NCBI GenBank assembly: GCA_017960525.1 | Contig: JAGCZA010000049.1 | Span: forward strand, 8,911-72,910 | Source: Prevotella sp. | Lineage (GTDB): Bacteria; Bacteroidota; Bacteroidia; Bacteroidales; Bacteroidaceae | DNA: 64,000 nt | Direction of reading: 5' to 3' | Shown here: in pieces, positions 36,751-46,019 of the stretch | How the letters are laid out: each line of letters begins with the position of its first letter | Numbering within the stretch: position 1 is the first letter of the stretch | Notes under the pieces: model-generated | Seen by the model: the letters and a program-made list of their open reading frames with translations, nothing else | Told to the model about the DNA's origin: nothing | The model's database searches: none | Translations under genes and position numbers: made by a program

Positions 36751-38118
36751 ATGAAAGAGAAGAAATCTGACATGAGCAGGCGCCAGTTCCTGCAAAGGCT
36801 GGGAATGGGAGCCGGGTCGGCACTGGCTATGATGGCTATGGAGCCGCTGAACGTATTGGCAGGAAATGCAGGTAAGCCGCAGAATAATGCCATCGGTGAG
36901 GACAAGAACCAGATGACCTACAGGGTGCAGCACGGGTCGGGCGAGAAGATTTCGCTGTTAGGATTCGGCATGATGCGTCTGCCGGACAACCAGGAGGAGG
37001 TGGACCGCCTCGTCGACTATGCCATCGCCCACGGCGTCAACTATTTCGACACCGCTCCGATGTATATGGGCGGACGCTCGGAAGTGCTTACTGGAAATAC
37101 CCTTTCGCGTTTTCCGCGAGACAAATTCTTCGTGGCAACGAAAATGTCGAACCAGAACCGCAGGCTTTGGAGCTTCGATGACTCGAAGAAAATGTACGAA
37201 CAGTCGCTGGAGCGGCTGAAAGTGGATTATATCGACTACTATCTGCTCCACAGCATAGGCGGCGGAATGGACTCGCTGAAAGGCCGTTTCCTCGACAACG
37301 GCATCTTGGAGTTCCTGCTGAAAGAGCGTGAGGCCGGGCGCATCAAGCACTTGGGCTTCTCGTACCACGGCGACGTGCGTGATTTCGACTGGCTGCTCGA
37401 CCACAACGATGAATACCACTGGGATTTCGTGCAGATCCAGATGAATTTCCTGGACTGGAGACACGCCTCCCTGCGCCAAGGCCGGCGCCACGATGCCGAT
37501 GCCGAATACCTGTACGGCAAACTGGATAAACTGGGCATACAATGTGTCATCATGGAACCCTTGCGTGGAGGTGCTTTTGGGCGCATGGCACCCGAACTGA
37601 CCAGTCAGTTAGAGGCGGTACGTCCTGGCGACAGCACCGCCCGATGGGCCTTCCGCTGGGTGGGTTCCTATCCAAATGTGCTGACCACCCTGAGCGGTAT
37701 GAACCGCATGGAGCATCTGGTGGACAACGTGCAGACATTCTCGCCTTTGGAGAACTGTACCGAGGCGGAGAACAAGCTGCTGGCCGACATTGCCGACCAG
37801 ATGTCGGGCTATCCCACCATTCCCTGCACCACATGCGCCTATTGTATGCCCTGCCCCTACGGCGTGGACATCCCCGGCAACTTCGCCTACTACAACGAGA
37901 CCGTCAACAGCCACTTGCTGCCCCTGCCCGAAAAGGGCGCTGACGATTACATGACACGCAAACAGCAGTTTGCCGACGGACTCAAAAAGGCCTTGCCCGA
38001 AACCTCCAAGTGGGCCACGCAATGTACCGATTGCGAGGCCTGCCTCTCAAAGTGCCCGCAGCAGATACGCATCCCCAACCAGATGGCCCGCATCGTAGAG
38101 ACTCTGAGAAGAAGGTGA
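36751..38118 (+). CDS. Tat-signal aldo/keto reductase with C-terminal Fe-S domain
   Basis: SRRQFL, LGFGMMRLP, YFDTAPMY, CTTCAYCMPCP and CTDCEACLSKCP. Confidence 0.85.
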   Translation: MKEKKSDMSRRQFLQRLGMGAGSALAMMAMEPLNVLAGNAGKPQNNAIGEDKNQMTYRVQHGSGEKISLLGFGMMRLPDNQEEVDRLVDYAIAHGVNYFDTAPMYMGGRSEVLTGNTLSRFPRDKFFVATKMSNQNRRLWSFDDSKKMYEQSLERLKVDYIDYYLLHSIGGGMDSLKGRFLDNGILEFLLKEREAGRIKHLGFSYHGDVRDFDWLLDHNDEYHWDFVQIQMNFLDWRHASLRQGRRHDADAEYLYGKLDKLGIQCVIMEPLRGGAFGRMAPELTSQLEAVRPGDSTARWAFRWVGSYPNVLTTLSGMNRMEHLVDNVQTFSPLENCTEAENKLLADIADQMSGYPTIPCTTCAYCMPCPYGVDIPGNFAYYNETVNSHLLPLPEKGADDYMTRKQQFADGLKKALPETSKWATQCTDCEACLSKCPQQIRIPNQMARIVETLRRR

Positions 38119-38152
38119 CTTTGCCCAAGTATTAAAAACTAAATCAATTTCT

Positions 38153-38671
38153 ATGAAAAAGAAGTTCTTGCCTTTGATATTAACCCTGTTGGGGTGTGGA
38201 GGCAGAAGTAATGCTCCGACAGACGCTCCTGCCCTTACTGCGGCAGACTGGGAAAAGACAACCAAAATCGAGTACCGCTACGGAGATTCTTCCGTTGCTC
38301 CAGATTATCATCGAAGTTATCTCATCACCATCACGGATAGTATGAAGACAATGGTGATAGACAGCTATGGCGATGTTCTGTTGTCGAAGCAATATTCAAA
38401 TACGCCAACGGACTTTCAAATCTTTAAGGAGGAATTGTCGAAGAAAGGCATCAAGAAGCATGATGAAACGGATAGCGGCGGATGTTGTGGTGGCACTACT
38501 GAAACCCTGCGCCTGTATAGTGCCGATGCCATTGTCTTTGATGCTTACGTCTATCATTGCTCTGGCAAATATGGAACGCTCTTCCTGCCAGACGGAACGG
38601 CTGACTTTATCCGCTCTCAGATTCCAGAGAGTGTGGACTCTCTCATAAACAGCACTTTTCAAAACGACTGA
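38153..38671 (+). CDS. Hypothetical lipoprotein
   Basis: Lipobox LLGC; 172 aa. Confidence 0.7.
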   Translation: MKKKFLPLILTLLGCGGRSNAPTDAPALTAADWEKTTKIEYRYGDSSVAPDYHRSYLITITDSMKTMVIDSYGDVLLSKQYSNTPTDFQIFKEELSKKGIKKHDETDSGGCCGGTTETLRLYSADAIVFDAYVYHCSGKYGTLFLPDGTADFIRSQIPESVDSLINSTFQND

Positions 38672-38695
38672 CTTACAGACACCGAGTACAAAAAG

Positions 38696-38731
38696 AGCAG
38701 ACCCAAGCAATCTTTTTTGCTTGGGTCTGCT
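38696..38731. terminator. Bidirectional terminator
   Basis: 15-bp perfect stem AGCAGACCCAAGCAA/TTGCTTGGGTCTGCT between convergent units. Confidence 0.8.
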
Positions 38732-38785
38732 TGATTGGTGTCTGTTGCGGAAATCTGCATTTGTTCAGATTCCTAACATCCTAAT

Positions 38786-40315
38786 TTAGGGAGCTGCGGC
38801 AACAGGTGACTTTGCCCAGATAGCGGCGAAGCTGTAAGAGGTGTCGTTGCTGGTGCAGGCATTGACCATCATGGGGATGAGGGTCTCGCTGTCGTTCAGC
38901 CATGCGCCCGTCTCATGGTCTATGTAGCCGTTGGCCTCGTTGCCGGCATTCTTGGCGTTATTATCCCATACGAACATGGGGATGCCAGCCAAGTTGGCAG
39001 CACGGCAGAAAAATTCAAGGTAGTAGGCACGGAAGGCGTTCTCATAATCTGAGTTCTTCCATACGCAGCCATACTCGCCCAGATAGCAGGGGATGCCTTT
39101 CTCAATGTAGGCCTGGCGCACCTTGTAGAGCTGGTTGATGGCATAAAGTTCCTCTGCGCCGGTAGCGTCCTTTGTATGTCCCCACTCAGGTGTGGCCAGT
39201 GCAGCCCCGTCTTCGCCGTAAGGCTGTAGGCAGAAGTTGTAGGGGTCGTAGCAGTGTACGCCGACCATGATGCGGTTTGCGGGGTCTGTGGGCAATACGA
39301 GTTGGGCAACGGTGAGGTCGATGTTGGCAGCATAGCCAGCCACGCCAATCCATCGGGTTGCGTTATTGCCGCCAGCAGCGCGAATGGCATCGACAGCATA
39401 CTGGTTCCACTTGTTGAGCAGGGCATACTCCTCGTCTTTGCCTCCGCCCCAATTGTCGCCGGCGTGAACCTCGTTGAAGGTCTCGAAGATGAGCTGGTCG
39501 TTGTAGCCGGCAAACTTGGTGGCCACCTGTTCCCACAGTTTGGCGATGATGGTGGAGTCTTTCTGTGCAACCTCGGCATCGGCTGCTGCATTGCCCAGAT
39601 CGGTCTCGAAGGAGTCGTGGTGAGTGTTGAGGATGACGTTGAGACCAGCTGCAAGAGCCAGGTCTACCACGCCTTTCACTTCGTCAAGGTAGGCAGCGTC
39701 GATGGTGTAGCTGTCGTCCATGTGGTTAGTCCATGTGGCAGGGATTCGCACAGTCTTGGCACCTGCGCCAGCCAGACGGCTGAAGAGGGCAGCTGAGGGC
39801 GTGGCACCATCCCAGTAGCCCCATTGCGTGTTGTCGGTATCGAAGTGGTTACCAAGATTCCATCCCCATCCGAGCTTCTGCGTCATTGCTGTAGCTTCGT
39901 TGCTGGGCATTTCCTTTATTTTGAAAGTGACGTCGATGGCCTGGTCGTAGGTTTTCTTCTGTGGTCCAAGGACGAGTCCTGCGGGAATGTGCAGGGTGAT
40001 TTCGTTGCAGAAGTCGAGCGTTTTGGTGACGGTGAGCTCTTTTGAGGCGCCAGCCACGAGGGCCTTGTCTACAGCCGCACCATTGATGGTAATCTGGCTG
40101 GTGTTCTTGGTAGCGAAGGCAACGTTCTTGTCGAAGGCCACCTTGATTGTTGTCTCGCCAAAGAAAACGGGCTTCTCCTCGGTGAGGTAGGCTGAGACAT
40201 ACTGAGGAGCGTCGACTTGAGCGATGTCAATCTGAGCGTCGGTGTCCTGGCAGGCTGTGGCAACGAGTGCCACAGCTGCAAGAGACATTGGGAATAATAT
40301 ATTTTTCAGTTTCAT
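38786..40315 (-). CDS. GH5 endo-beta-glycanase lipoprotein with N-terminal Ig-like domain
   Basis: Lipobox ATAC; GWNLGN, NTHHD, FETFNE (acid/base) and YLGEYG (nucleophile). Confidence 0.88.
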   Translation of the reverse strand: MKLKNILFPMSLAAVALVATACQDTDAQIDIAQVDAPQYVSAYLTEEKPVFFGETTIKVAFDKNVAFATKNTSQITINGAAVDKALVAGASKELTVTKTLDFCNEITLHIPAGLVLGPQKKTYDQAIDVTFKIKEMPSNEATAMTQKLGWGWNLGNHFDTDNTQWGYWDGATPSAALFSRLAGAGAKTVRIPATWTNHMDDSYTIDAAYLDEVKGVVDLALAAGLNVILNTHHDSFETDLGNAAADAEVAQKDSTIIAKLWEQVATKFAGYNDQLIFETFNEVHAGDNWGGGKDEEYALLNKWNQYAVDAIRAAGGNNATRWIGVAGYAANIDLTVAQLVLPTDPANRIMVGVHCYDPYNFCLQPYGEDGAALATPEWGHTKDATGAEELYAINQLYKVRQAYIEKGIPCYLGEYGCVWKNSDYENAFRAYYLEFFCRAANLAGIPMFVWDNNAKNAGNEANGYIDHETGAWLNDSETLIPMMVNACTSNDTSYSFAAIWAKSPVAAAP

Positions 40316-40333
40316 AATTCGTAAAGTGTTTTG

Positions 40334-42787
40334 TTATTCTATTGTTATCTTTGTACACTTGACATTATCTCCGTTGAGCACGAAGACACCTCCCCACCAC
40401 TGCTGGGTGTATGCTGCGTTGAGCATTTCCTGTGTGAGCGTGAGACCGAACTTGCCGCCATTGCCAGCGAGGTCGTATTCGGTGAACTTGCCTCCTTCCG
40501 TGTCGTTGCCAAAGCTGCAGATGCTGGCGTAGGTGGGTCCCCAGTGGCCTTCAACGATCTGGAGCTTCCAGTCGGAAGCCAGCGGAGTGAGGTAGAAGTA
40601 AATGGTCTGACCGGCCTTTGCCTCTACTGCGGCCAGCTCTGCGCCTGCGTCGGAGAGGACGTAGGGCTGGTTGCCCCAGTCGTCGGCAATGGCTTCGCCT
40701 TCCCACAGCGTTTCCTCGACCGACTCATAGTGGGTGGTGGTGACGCGGTCGACGACCACGTTGTCGCCATTGAGCACGAACACACCGCCCCACCACTGCT
40801 GGGTGAACGCAGCGTCGAGCATTTCCTGAGTCACTTCAATGCTGTAGTAGCCCTTGTTGGCCTCGAGGTCGTACTCAGTGAACTTGCCACCTTCTGTGTC
40901 GTTGCCAAAGCTGCAGATGCTGGCGTAGGTGGGTCCCCAGTGGCCTTCCACGATTTGGAGTTTCCAGGCAGCATCCAGCGGCGTGATGTGGAAGCTGATG
41001 ATGTCGCCAGCGACGACGCCTGCATCCTTCAGTTCCTGTCCGGCATCGGAGAGGACGTATGGCTGGTTGCCCCAGTCGTCGGCCACAGCCTGACCCGTCC
41101 ACAGCACGGTCGTCACCTCAGTATTGGGGATGAAGTCCATCGTGTAGGTAATCTCACCGTTAGAAGAGATGAGGCGAACCTTCGAACCCTTCTTGGCTTT
41201 GGCGGGAATGCCTATGATCAGCTGGCCAGCATTGGTCAGCACATACTGGCAGGCCTCGCCGTTGATTTCGACACCCGTCAGCTTGTCGCCATTGGCAACT
41301 GGCAGTGCGAATGAGTCACCAGCCTTCAGTTCGGCATCCTCGGCAGGCATTTCCTTGAAGTAGCAGAACACAGCCTCTTTAACAGTGACGGCAGGAACGT
41401 TGGCAACGGTCGTACCATTGGCCAGCGTCAGTACCGGACTGCCTGAAGTGGCGTTCATTGGAACAGTGAGCGTAATGGCAGAAGCAGAGCCTTCAACCTT
41501 GACGACATCTGACTCGCCAAACTGCACTTTCTTCACCAAGTCGAGATTGGTACCCTTGATGGTGAGTGTGCCACCAGCACTTACAGTTGTGTTGTCGTAA
41601 CCATTTACGGTAGGCTTCACCAGCGTGAAGGCCACTTCGACGGTTTCTCCGTTGGCCATCACCAGTGCCAGATTGCCCTCAACAGCCGTCTCAGGCATGG
41701 CCTTTACGACCACCTTGTCGGCACTTGCCTCAATCTCGCCACCGTCGACAGTAGCATTGCCAGTGGGGAAGTTGACAGCGGTCACCAAGTCCATGTCGGC
41801 ACCGCTGATGGTGAGTGCCTGGCCAGCCTTGACAGGCTTCGGAGCAGCCACGCCGTTGGTGGGCTTCACCGTGTTCAGCGTTCCCACGGGAACCTCAACA
41901 CCCGACTTGCAGACGAGCACGATGTCGCCACTCAGAGCCACAGCGGGCAGAGTGAGCGTCAGACTGGTGCGGTCTTCCGACACCGTGATGTCTTCGGCAC
42001 TGACGCCGCCGATGGTCACGTCGGCGACCACGTTGAAGTAGGTGCCTGTGAACGTGAGCTTCTCGCCAGCCTTGGCGGTAATCGCGCCCTGGGCATCAGC
42101 CTCGTTGCGGCCTTTCAGCTTGCTCACCTCGGGCAGGCCAATCTCGATGGCTTCCTCGGTCTGCATAATCTGATACTCCACCTTGCTCTTGTCGATGACC
42201 GTCAGGTCGGCTGTGTAGAGTTCCATCTTGCCAGTCTTGGCCTCTTCAGGTACTGCGACCTCGATGGCGTAGCGTGTGTGTGAGGCAAAGTCCTGCTCGC
42301 TGACAACCACATTGTCGGCAAATGCCAGCGAATGGATGAGGTTCAGATAGTCACCCTCAATCTTGATGACATCGCCAGGCATAGCCTTAGCTGGAACCTT
42401 CGTGATTTCGATGCCCTCAATATATTTGAGGTCGGTCTTTGTGACAATCGTCTGGTTGGTCTTCGTCACCAGTTTCACCAGTCCTTCCACGGGGCCGTCT
42501 TTGGGAACAGTCACTTGGATTTCACTGGGAACGCCGGCCTGCACCACCTTGATGTCGGTGATGGTGATGCCTTCGGGAAGGATGACCTGGCTCACTTGGT
42601 CGAGGTTGCTTCCTAAGAAGCGAAGCTGACCACCGCGCATTACAGGCGACGGGCCGTACACATTGAGCGAGACACCGCTCTGATACTGGTTGGTATCCAG
42701 GTCGTCGCTGCTGCACCCTGCCAGCGACAGCCCCAGGAGGGCTATCACTGCCAGTGCGAATATATTCTTAAAGTTTTTCATAATCAT
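40334..42787 (-). CDS. Surface glycan-binding lipoprotein: IPT/TIG repeats plus two duplicated Trp-rich modules
   Basis: Lipobox LAGC; repeated G.NLD.V..V motifs; 132-aa C-terminal duplication. Confidence 0.75.
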   Translation of the reverse strand: MIMKNFKNIFALAVIALLGLSLAGCSSDDLDTNQYQSGVSLNVYGPSPVMRGGQLRFLGSNLDQVSQVILPEGITITDIKVVQAGVPSEIQVTVPKDGPVEGLVKLVTKTNQTIVTKTDLKYIEGIEITKVPAKAMPGDVIKIEGDYLNLIHSLAFADNVVVSEQDFASHTRYAIEVAVPEEAKTGKMELYTADLTVIDKSKVEYQIMQTEEAIEIGLPEVSKLKGRNEADAQGAITAKAGEKLTFTGTYFNVVADVTIGGVSAEDITVSEDRTSLTLTLPAVALSGDIVLVCKSGVEVPVGTLNTVKPTNGVAAPKPVKAGQALTISGADMDLVTAVNFPTGNATVDGGEIEASADKVVVKAMPETAVEGNLALVMANGETVEVAFTLVKPTVNGYDNTTVSAGGTLTIKGTNLDLVKKVQFGESDVVKVEGSASAITLTVPMNATSGSPVLTLANGTTVANVPAVTVKEAVFCYFKEMPAEDAELKAGDSFALPVANGDKLTGVEINGEACQYVLTNAGQLIIGIPAKAKKGSKVRLISSNGEITYTMDFIPNTEVTTVLWTGQAVADDWGNQPYVLSDAGQELKDAGVVAGDIISFHITPLDAAWKLQIVEGHWGPTYASICSFGNDTEGGKFTEYDLEANKGYYSIEVTQEMLDAAFTQQWWGGVFVLNGDNVVVDRVTTTHYESVEETLWEGEAIADDWGNQPYVLSDAGAELAAVEAKAGQTIYFYLTPLASDWKLQIVEGHWGPTYASICSFGNDTEGGKFTEYDLAGNGGKFGLTLTQEMLNAAYTQQWWGGVFVLNGDNVKCTKITIE

Positions 42788-42802
42788 GTTAGGGGCTTAA
42801 TG

Positions 42803-44158
42803 TTACTTGTTAGGTACTGCACGCACATTGTCAATCTTGATGATGGGGGTACACTCGGTTCCCTTGATGCCACCACCGACAACAAAGATGAGGAGACTGG
42901 TGAAGTCGCTTGACGAGAGACTGCCGGTAGCAGCTCCGCCGCTCATACCATACTTGAACTCACTGATGGGCAGCGTGACGGTGATCCACTCGTCGGCTGT
43001 GTCGTAGCTGCCGGTAGCTTCCCAAGGACGATAGATGCCGCGTGGCAGCTCGTCGTTGTTGAAGTAGGTATTGTTACAACCAGCGAGCAAATTGCCATAG
43101 ATGTCCTTTACCTTCGGGTCGTTGCTACCCATAGAAATCTTGGTAACGCCACCCACGATGAACTGCATGGCACCAGACATCCAAGGATTGGCCTTGGGGA
43201 TGCACATCTCAAACTTGTACGACATGTTCATGTAGTCGCTGAAGTCAGCAAGGTCGGTCAGGCGCACGCCGTCGCCCTGATAGTCTTCGGGGTCCTGCCA
43301 GTTGCCTGGCCAGTACTCGAAGGCGAAGTTTCCGTCGTCCCAAGAGCCATCCTCGTCAAGTGTCGCATTGCCCAGGATGAGGTACTTGCCGGAGATGGGA
43401 TTCTCAGCGTCGGTGATGGTCAGGCCGTTGTGCCATCCGTGGCATCCCAGGACGGCCCCCGTCACGGCGTTGCCGTTGTCGAAGTCGAACAGCATACCGC
43501 GTGAGTCTAAGAAGCGGAACGATGACTTGCCGGAGCCATATATTGACTTCACGGTAATCTGTCCTTCAGTTGTGCACTCAGGCACAACAAATGAAACGGT
43601 ACTGCGCGAAGCATTGATACTCTTGATCTCCGCCGTCTTTCCGTCAGGGAATGTGATGGTGAGTGGCACGTTGGGGTCGTCGATGAAGTAGCTGCCATAG
43701 ATAGTGGCCACAGAGCCGGGAGTAGCATATTCGCACGACATCTGAGACACGACAGGAGCCGGAATGACGATGTGGAAGTCATACGTCAGCGTGTCGTGAC
43801 CTTCAGTAATCAGATAGATTTTGTCGGTCACCAGGTCGGGAATGTCGCTGGGAACCTGGACAATCAGCGTGTTTTCAGTAATGAAGCTTGTGTTCAGGAT
43901 GGCCTTCTTGTCGTTGAAGTACATCTGCTGGATGCTGGTCAGATTAGAACCGACAAGGCAAATAGTTGCCTGGGGATAGGCCTCCACAAGCAGCGAGTCG
44001 CTTGCGCTGGCACTGGCCGGGCGGATGTAATTGATGGTGGGAGTTCCATCTGTCAGTTCAAACTCATCGGGCTGGTCTTTGCAGGAGTTGAGCGTTGCGC
44101 ATGTAGCGCAGCCTACGAGCCAGACCGCAAGTAAGTCGTTGAAATATTTGGTTTTCAT
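42803..44158 (-). CDS. Surface glycan-binding protein (SGBP-B-like) lipoprotein
   Basis: Lipobox LNSC; IPT/TIG domains; Trp-rich C-terminal domain; directly downstream of susD. Confidence 0.75.
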   Translation of the reverse strand: MKTKYFNDLLAVWLVGCATCATLNSCKDQPDEFELTDGTPTINYIRPASASASDSLLVEAYPQATICLVGSNLTSIQQMYFNDKKAILNTSFITENTLIVQVPSDIPDLVTDKIYLITEGHDTLTYDFHIVIPAPVVSQMSCEYATPGSVATIYGSYFIDDPNVPLTITFPDGKTAEIKSINASRSTVSFVVPECTTEGQITVKSIYGSGKSSFRFLDSRGMLFDFDNGNAVTGAVLGCHGWHNGLTITDAENPISGKYLILGNATLDEDGSWDDGNFAFEYWPGNWQDPEDYQGDGVRLTDLADFSDYMNMSYKFEMCIPKANPWMSGAMQFIVGGVTKISMGSNDPKVKDIYGNLLAGCNNTYFNNDELPRGIYRPWEATGSYDTADEWITVTLPISEFKYGMSGGAATGSLSSSDFTSLLIFVVGGGIKGTECTPIIKIDNVRAVPNK

Positions 44159-44190
44159 AATTTTCAATTTTCAATTTTCGATTTTCAATC
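44159..44190 (-). repeat. Heptamer array at susD/SGBP junction
   Basis: (AATTTTC)x3 GATTTTC AATC on plus. Confidence 0.8.
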
Positions 44191-45964
44191 AAAAGGATAT
44201 TCCGCTCAGGTCATAGTCTTCCGGAGCCTCCATTAGCAGTGGGTTGTAGTCGATGTCGGCTGAAGGAAGGGGAATGGTGAAGCTGCGGTCGGTCACGTTG
44301 GGTGCGGTGGCCTGCGTGTCGTAGTTGTGCTTCGAGGGGTCTACGTTGAAGGCACCACTCTCGTAGTAGGTCTTGTAGAGGTCGTTCAGGCCGTTGTAGC
44401 CATTGCGGCGTTGTGCCTTGATTTCGTTGATGGCCCCCTGCGGGTCGTAGTAGTAGCGGCGCACGAAGTCATACCAGCGGTCGCCCTCGCAGGCCAGCTC
44501 CAGGCGGCGCTCCTTCCAGATGTCCTCCCAGGTGATGCTGGTGGGATACTGATAGCCCTTCACCGAGCGGTGGCGCACCTGATAGAATGCATCGAGCACC
44601 TTTGGGTCGCTTGACGAACTGCTGTTGCCCATAGCGGCCTCTGCATAGATGAGATAGACATCAGCCAGGCGCAGGATGTGGGTGTAGAGTGCGTATGCCA
44701 TACGTCCGGCTGGGCTGCCGTAGAAGCGTGCGTGGTCGGCATTGTTGCCGTAGAGGTGCTTCACCTCGCCGGCTCCTGTGGGGCTTTCCCACTGTCCGGG
44801 TCCGGGGTGTCCGTCGGCTTCATAGCCGCCATAGCAATATTTCACCAGTTCGAAGCCGCCACAGTCGGCATAGAAGTAGTCGTATACATCGCCGGCCATC
44901 ATCAGCGTAGCCTTGCGGCGTTCGTCAACATTTTGTCGGTTCAGGCTCAGGGCATTCTCGTTGAAGGCATCCTGCAAGTCAACAGAAGGTCCTCCCCAGC
45001 CTCCCCAGTCATCACCGTTCTCATCGAAGCCCTCGATGACGAGGTCGCTCTGGAAGGTGTTCTGGCAGGTCCAGTGTGCTCCCATAGTCCAGGCCCATGA
45101 GAAGAGAGCCTCGTCGCATACGTTGTTCTCGCCACGGAAGATGTCTGAATAGTTTTCCATGAGCACGCGGCCGCTGTTCTCGATGACATCAAGAGCCAGG
45201 TCGGCTGCCTTCTTCAGGTCATCGGCATTGCGCTGGTGGGCCGTACAGGTGATGTAGCTGTAGGTGCCGGGATTGTAGGTGGTGTTGCTCTCGCTGAAGC
45301 CGGACTTTGTCAGATAGACCTTGGCCAGCAAAGCCTTGGCGCAGTACTTGTCTATGCGGCCATTGTTCGTGGGGTCTTTTTCAGGCAGCAGCTCGATGGC
45401 TTTCTCCAAAATCTTGATGATGTAGTCATACACATTGCTGATCTTGGCCTTGTGAAGAGAGGTCGACTGCTGGCTGTTGATGGTGGCAGCCGGGTCGTGG
45501 ACGATGGGCACGGCACCAAACGAGCGCACCAGGTAGAAATAGGCCATAGCCTTCCATGCCAGGCACTCGCCCATTGTGGCGTTCTTCACAGCCTCAGAAG
45601 CGCCGGTGGCGTTCTTGATGTTGTTGTAGACTGTGGTGGCGTGGGTGTTCACGGCCCAGAGCGAGGCACTCATGTTGGCCAGGTCCTGGTCGGAGCCGTC
45701 GAGGGTGAAGGTGAGATAGGGTGAGCTGCCCATGTAGTAGTTGCCCGACATCACCTCGCCAGTCTTGAAGAAGCCGCGCTGGAAGTCGTACCAGGGCGAG
45801 TTGTACAGATAGTTCACGCCCGCACGGCATTGTGCATCTGTGCTATAATAGTTGGAAGTATCATAGCCGTCTTCCGTTGGTCTGTCGAGATAGTCATCAC
45901 ACGATGATACTGCCAGACCCATCAAAGCAATGCATGCTAAAGATTTGATATTATATAGTTTCAT
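44189..45964 (-). CDS. susD: SusD/RagB nutrient-binding lipoprotein
   Basis: Lipobox VSSC; ILRLADVYLIYAEA and ERRLELACEGDRWYD. Confidence 0.93.
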   Translation of the reverse strand: MKLYNIKSLACIALMGLAVSSCDDYLDRPTEDGYDTSNYYSTDAQCRAGVNYLYNSPWYDFQRGFFKTGEVMSGNYYMGSSPYLTFTLDGSDQDLANMSASLWAVNTHATTVYNNIKNATGASEAVKNATMGECLAWKAMAYFYLVRSFGAVPIVHDPAATINSQQSTSLHKAKISNVYDYIIKILEKAIELLPEKDPTNNGRIDKYCAKALLAKVYLTKSGFSESNTTYNPGTYSYITCTAHQRNADDLKKAADLALDVIENSGRVLMENYSDIFRGENNVCDEALFSWAWTMGAHWTCQNTFQSDLVIEGFDENGDDWGGWGGPSVDLQDAFNENALSLNRQNVDERRKATLMMAGDVYDYFYADCGGFELVKYCYGGYEADGHPGPGQWESPTGAGEVKHLYGNNADHARFYGSPAGRMAYALYTHILRLADVYLIYAEAAMGNSSSSSDPKVLDAFYQVRHRSVKGYQYPTSITWEDIWKERRLELACEGDRWYDFVRRYYYDPQGAINEIKAQRRNGYNGLNDLYKTYYESGAFNVDPSKHNYDTQATAPNVTDRSFTIPLPSADIDYNPLLMEAPEDYDLSGISF

Positions 45965-45977
45965 AATTGTATCTTAT

Positions 45978-46019
45978 AATTTTCAATTTTCAATCTTCAA
46001 TGTCCAATGGTCAATCGTC
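45978..46019 (-). repeat. Heptamer array at susC/susD junction
   Basis: AATTTTC AATTTTC AATCTTC AATGTCC AATGGTC AATCGTC. Confidence 0.8.

Noticed and set aside
36751-38118. Tat-signal aldo/keto reductase with Fe-S domain as novel
   Set aside because: A widespread architecture in Bacteroidota.
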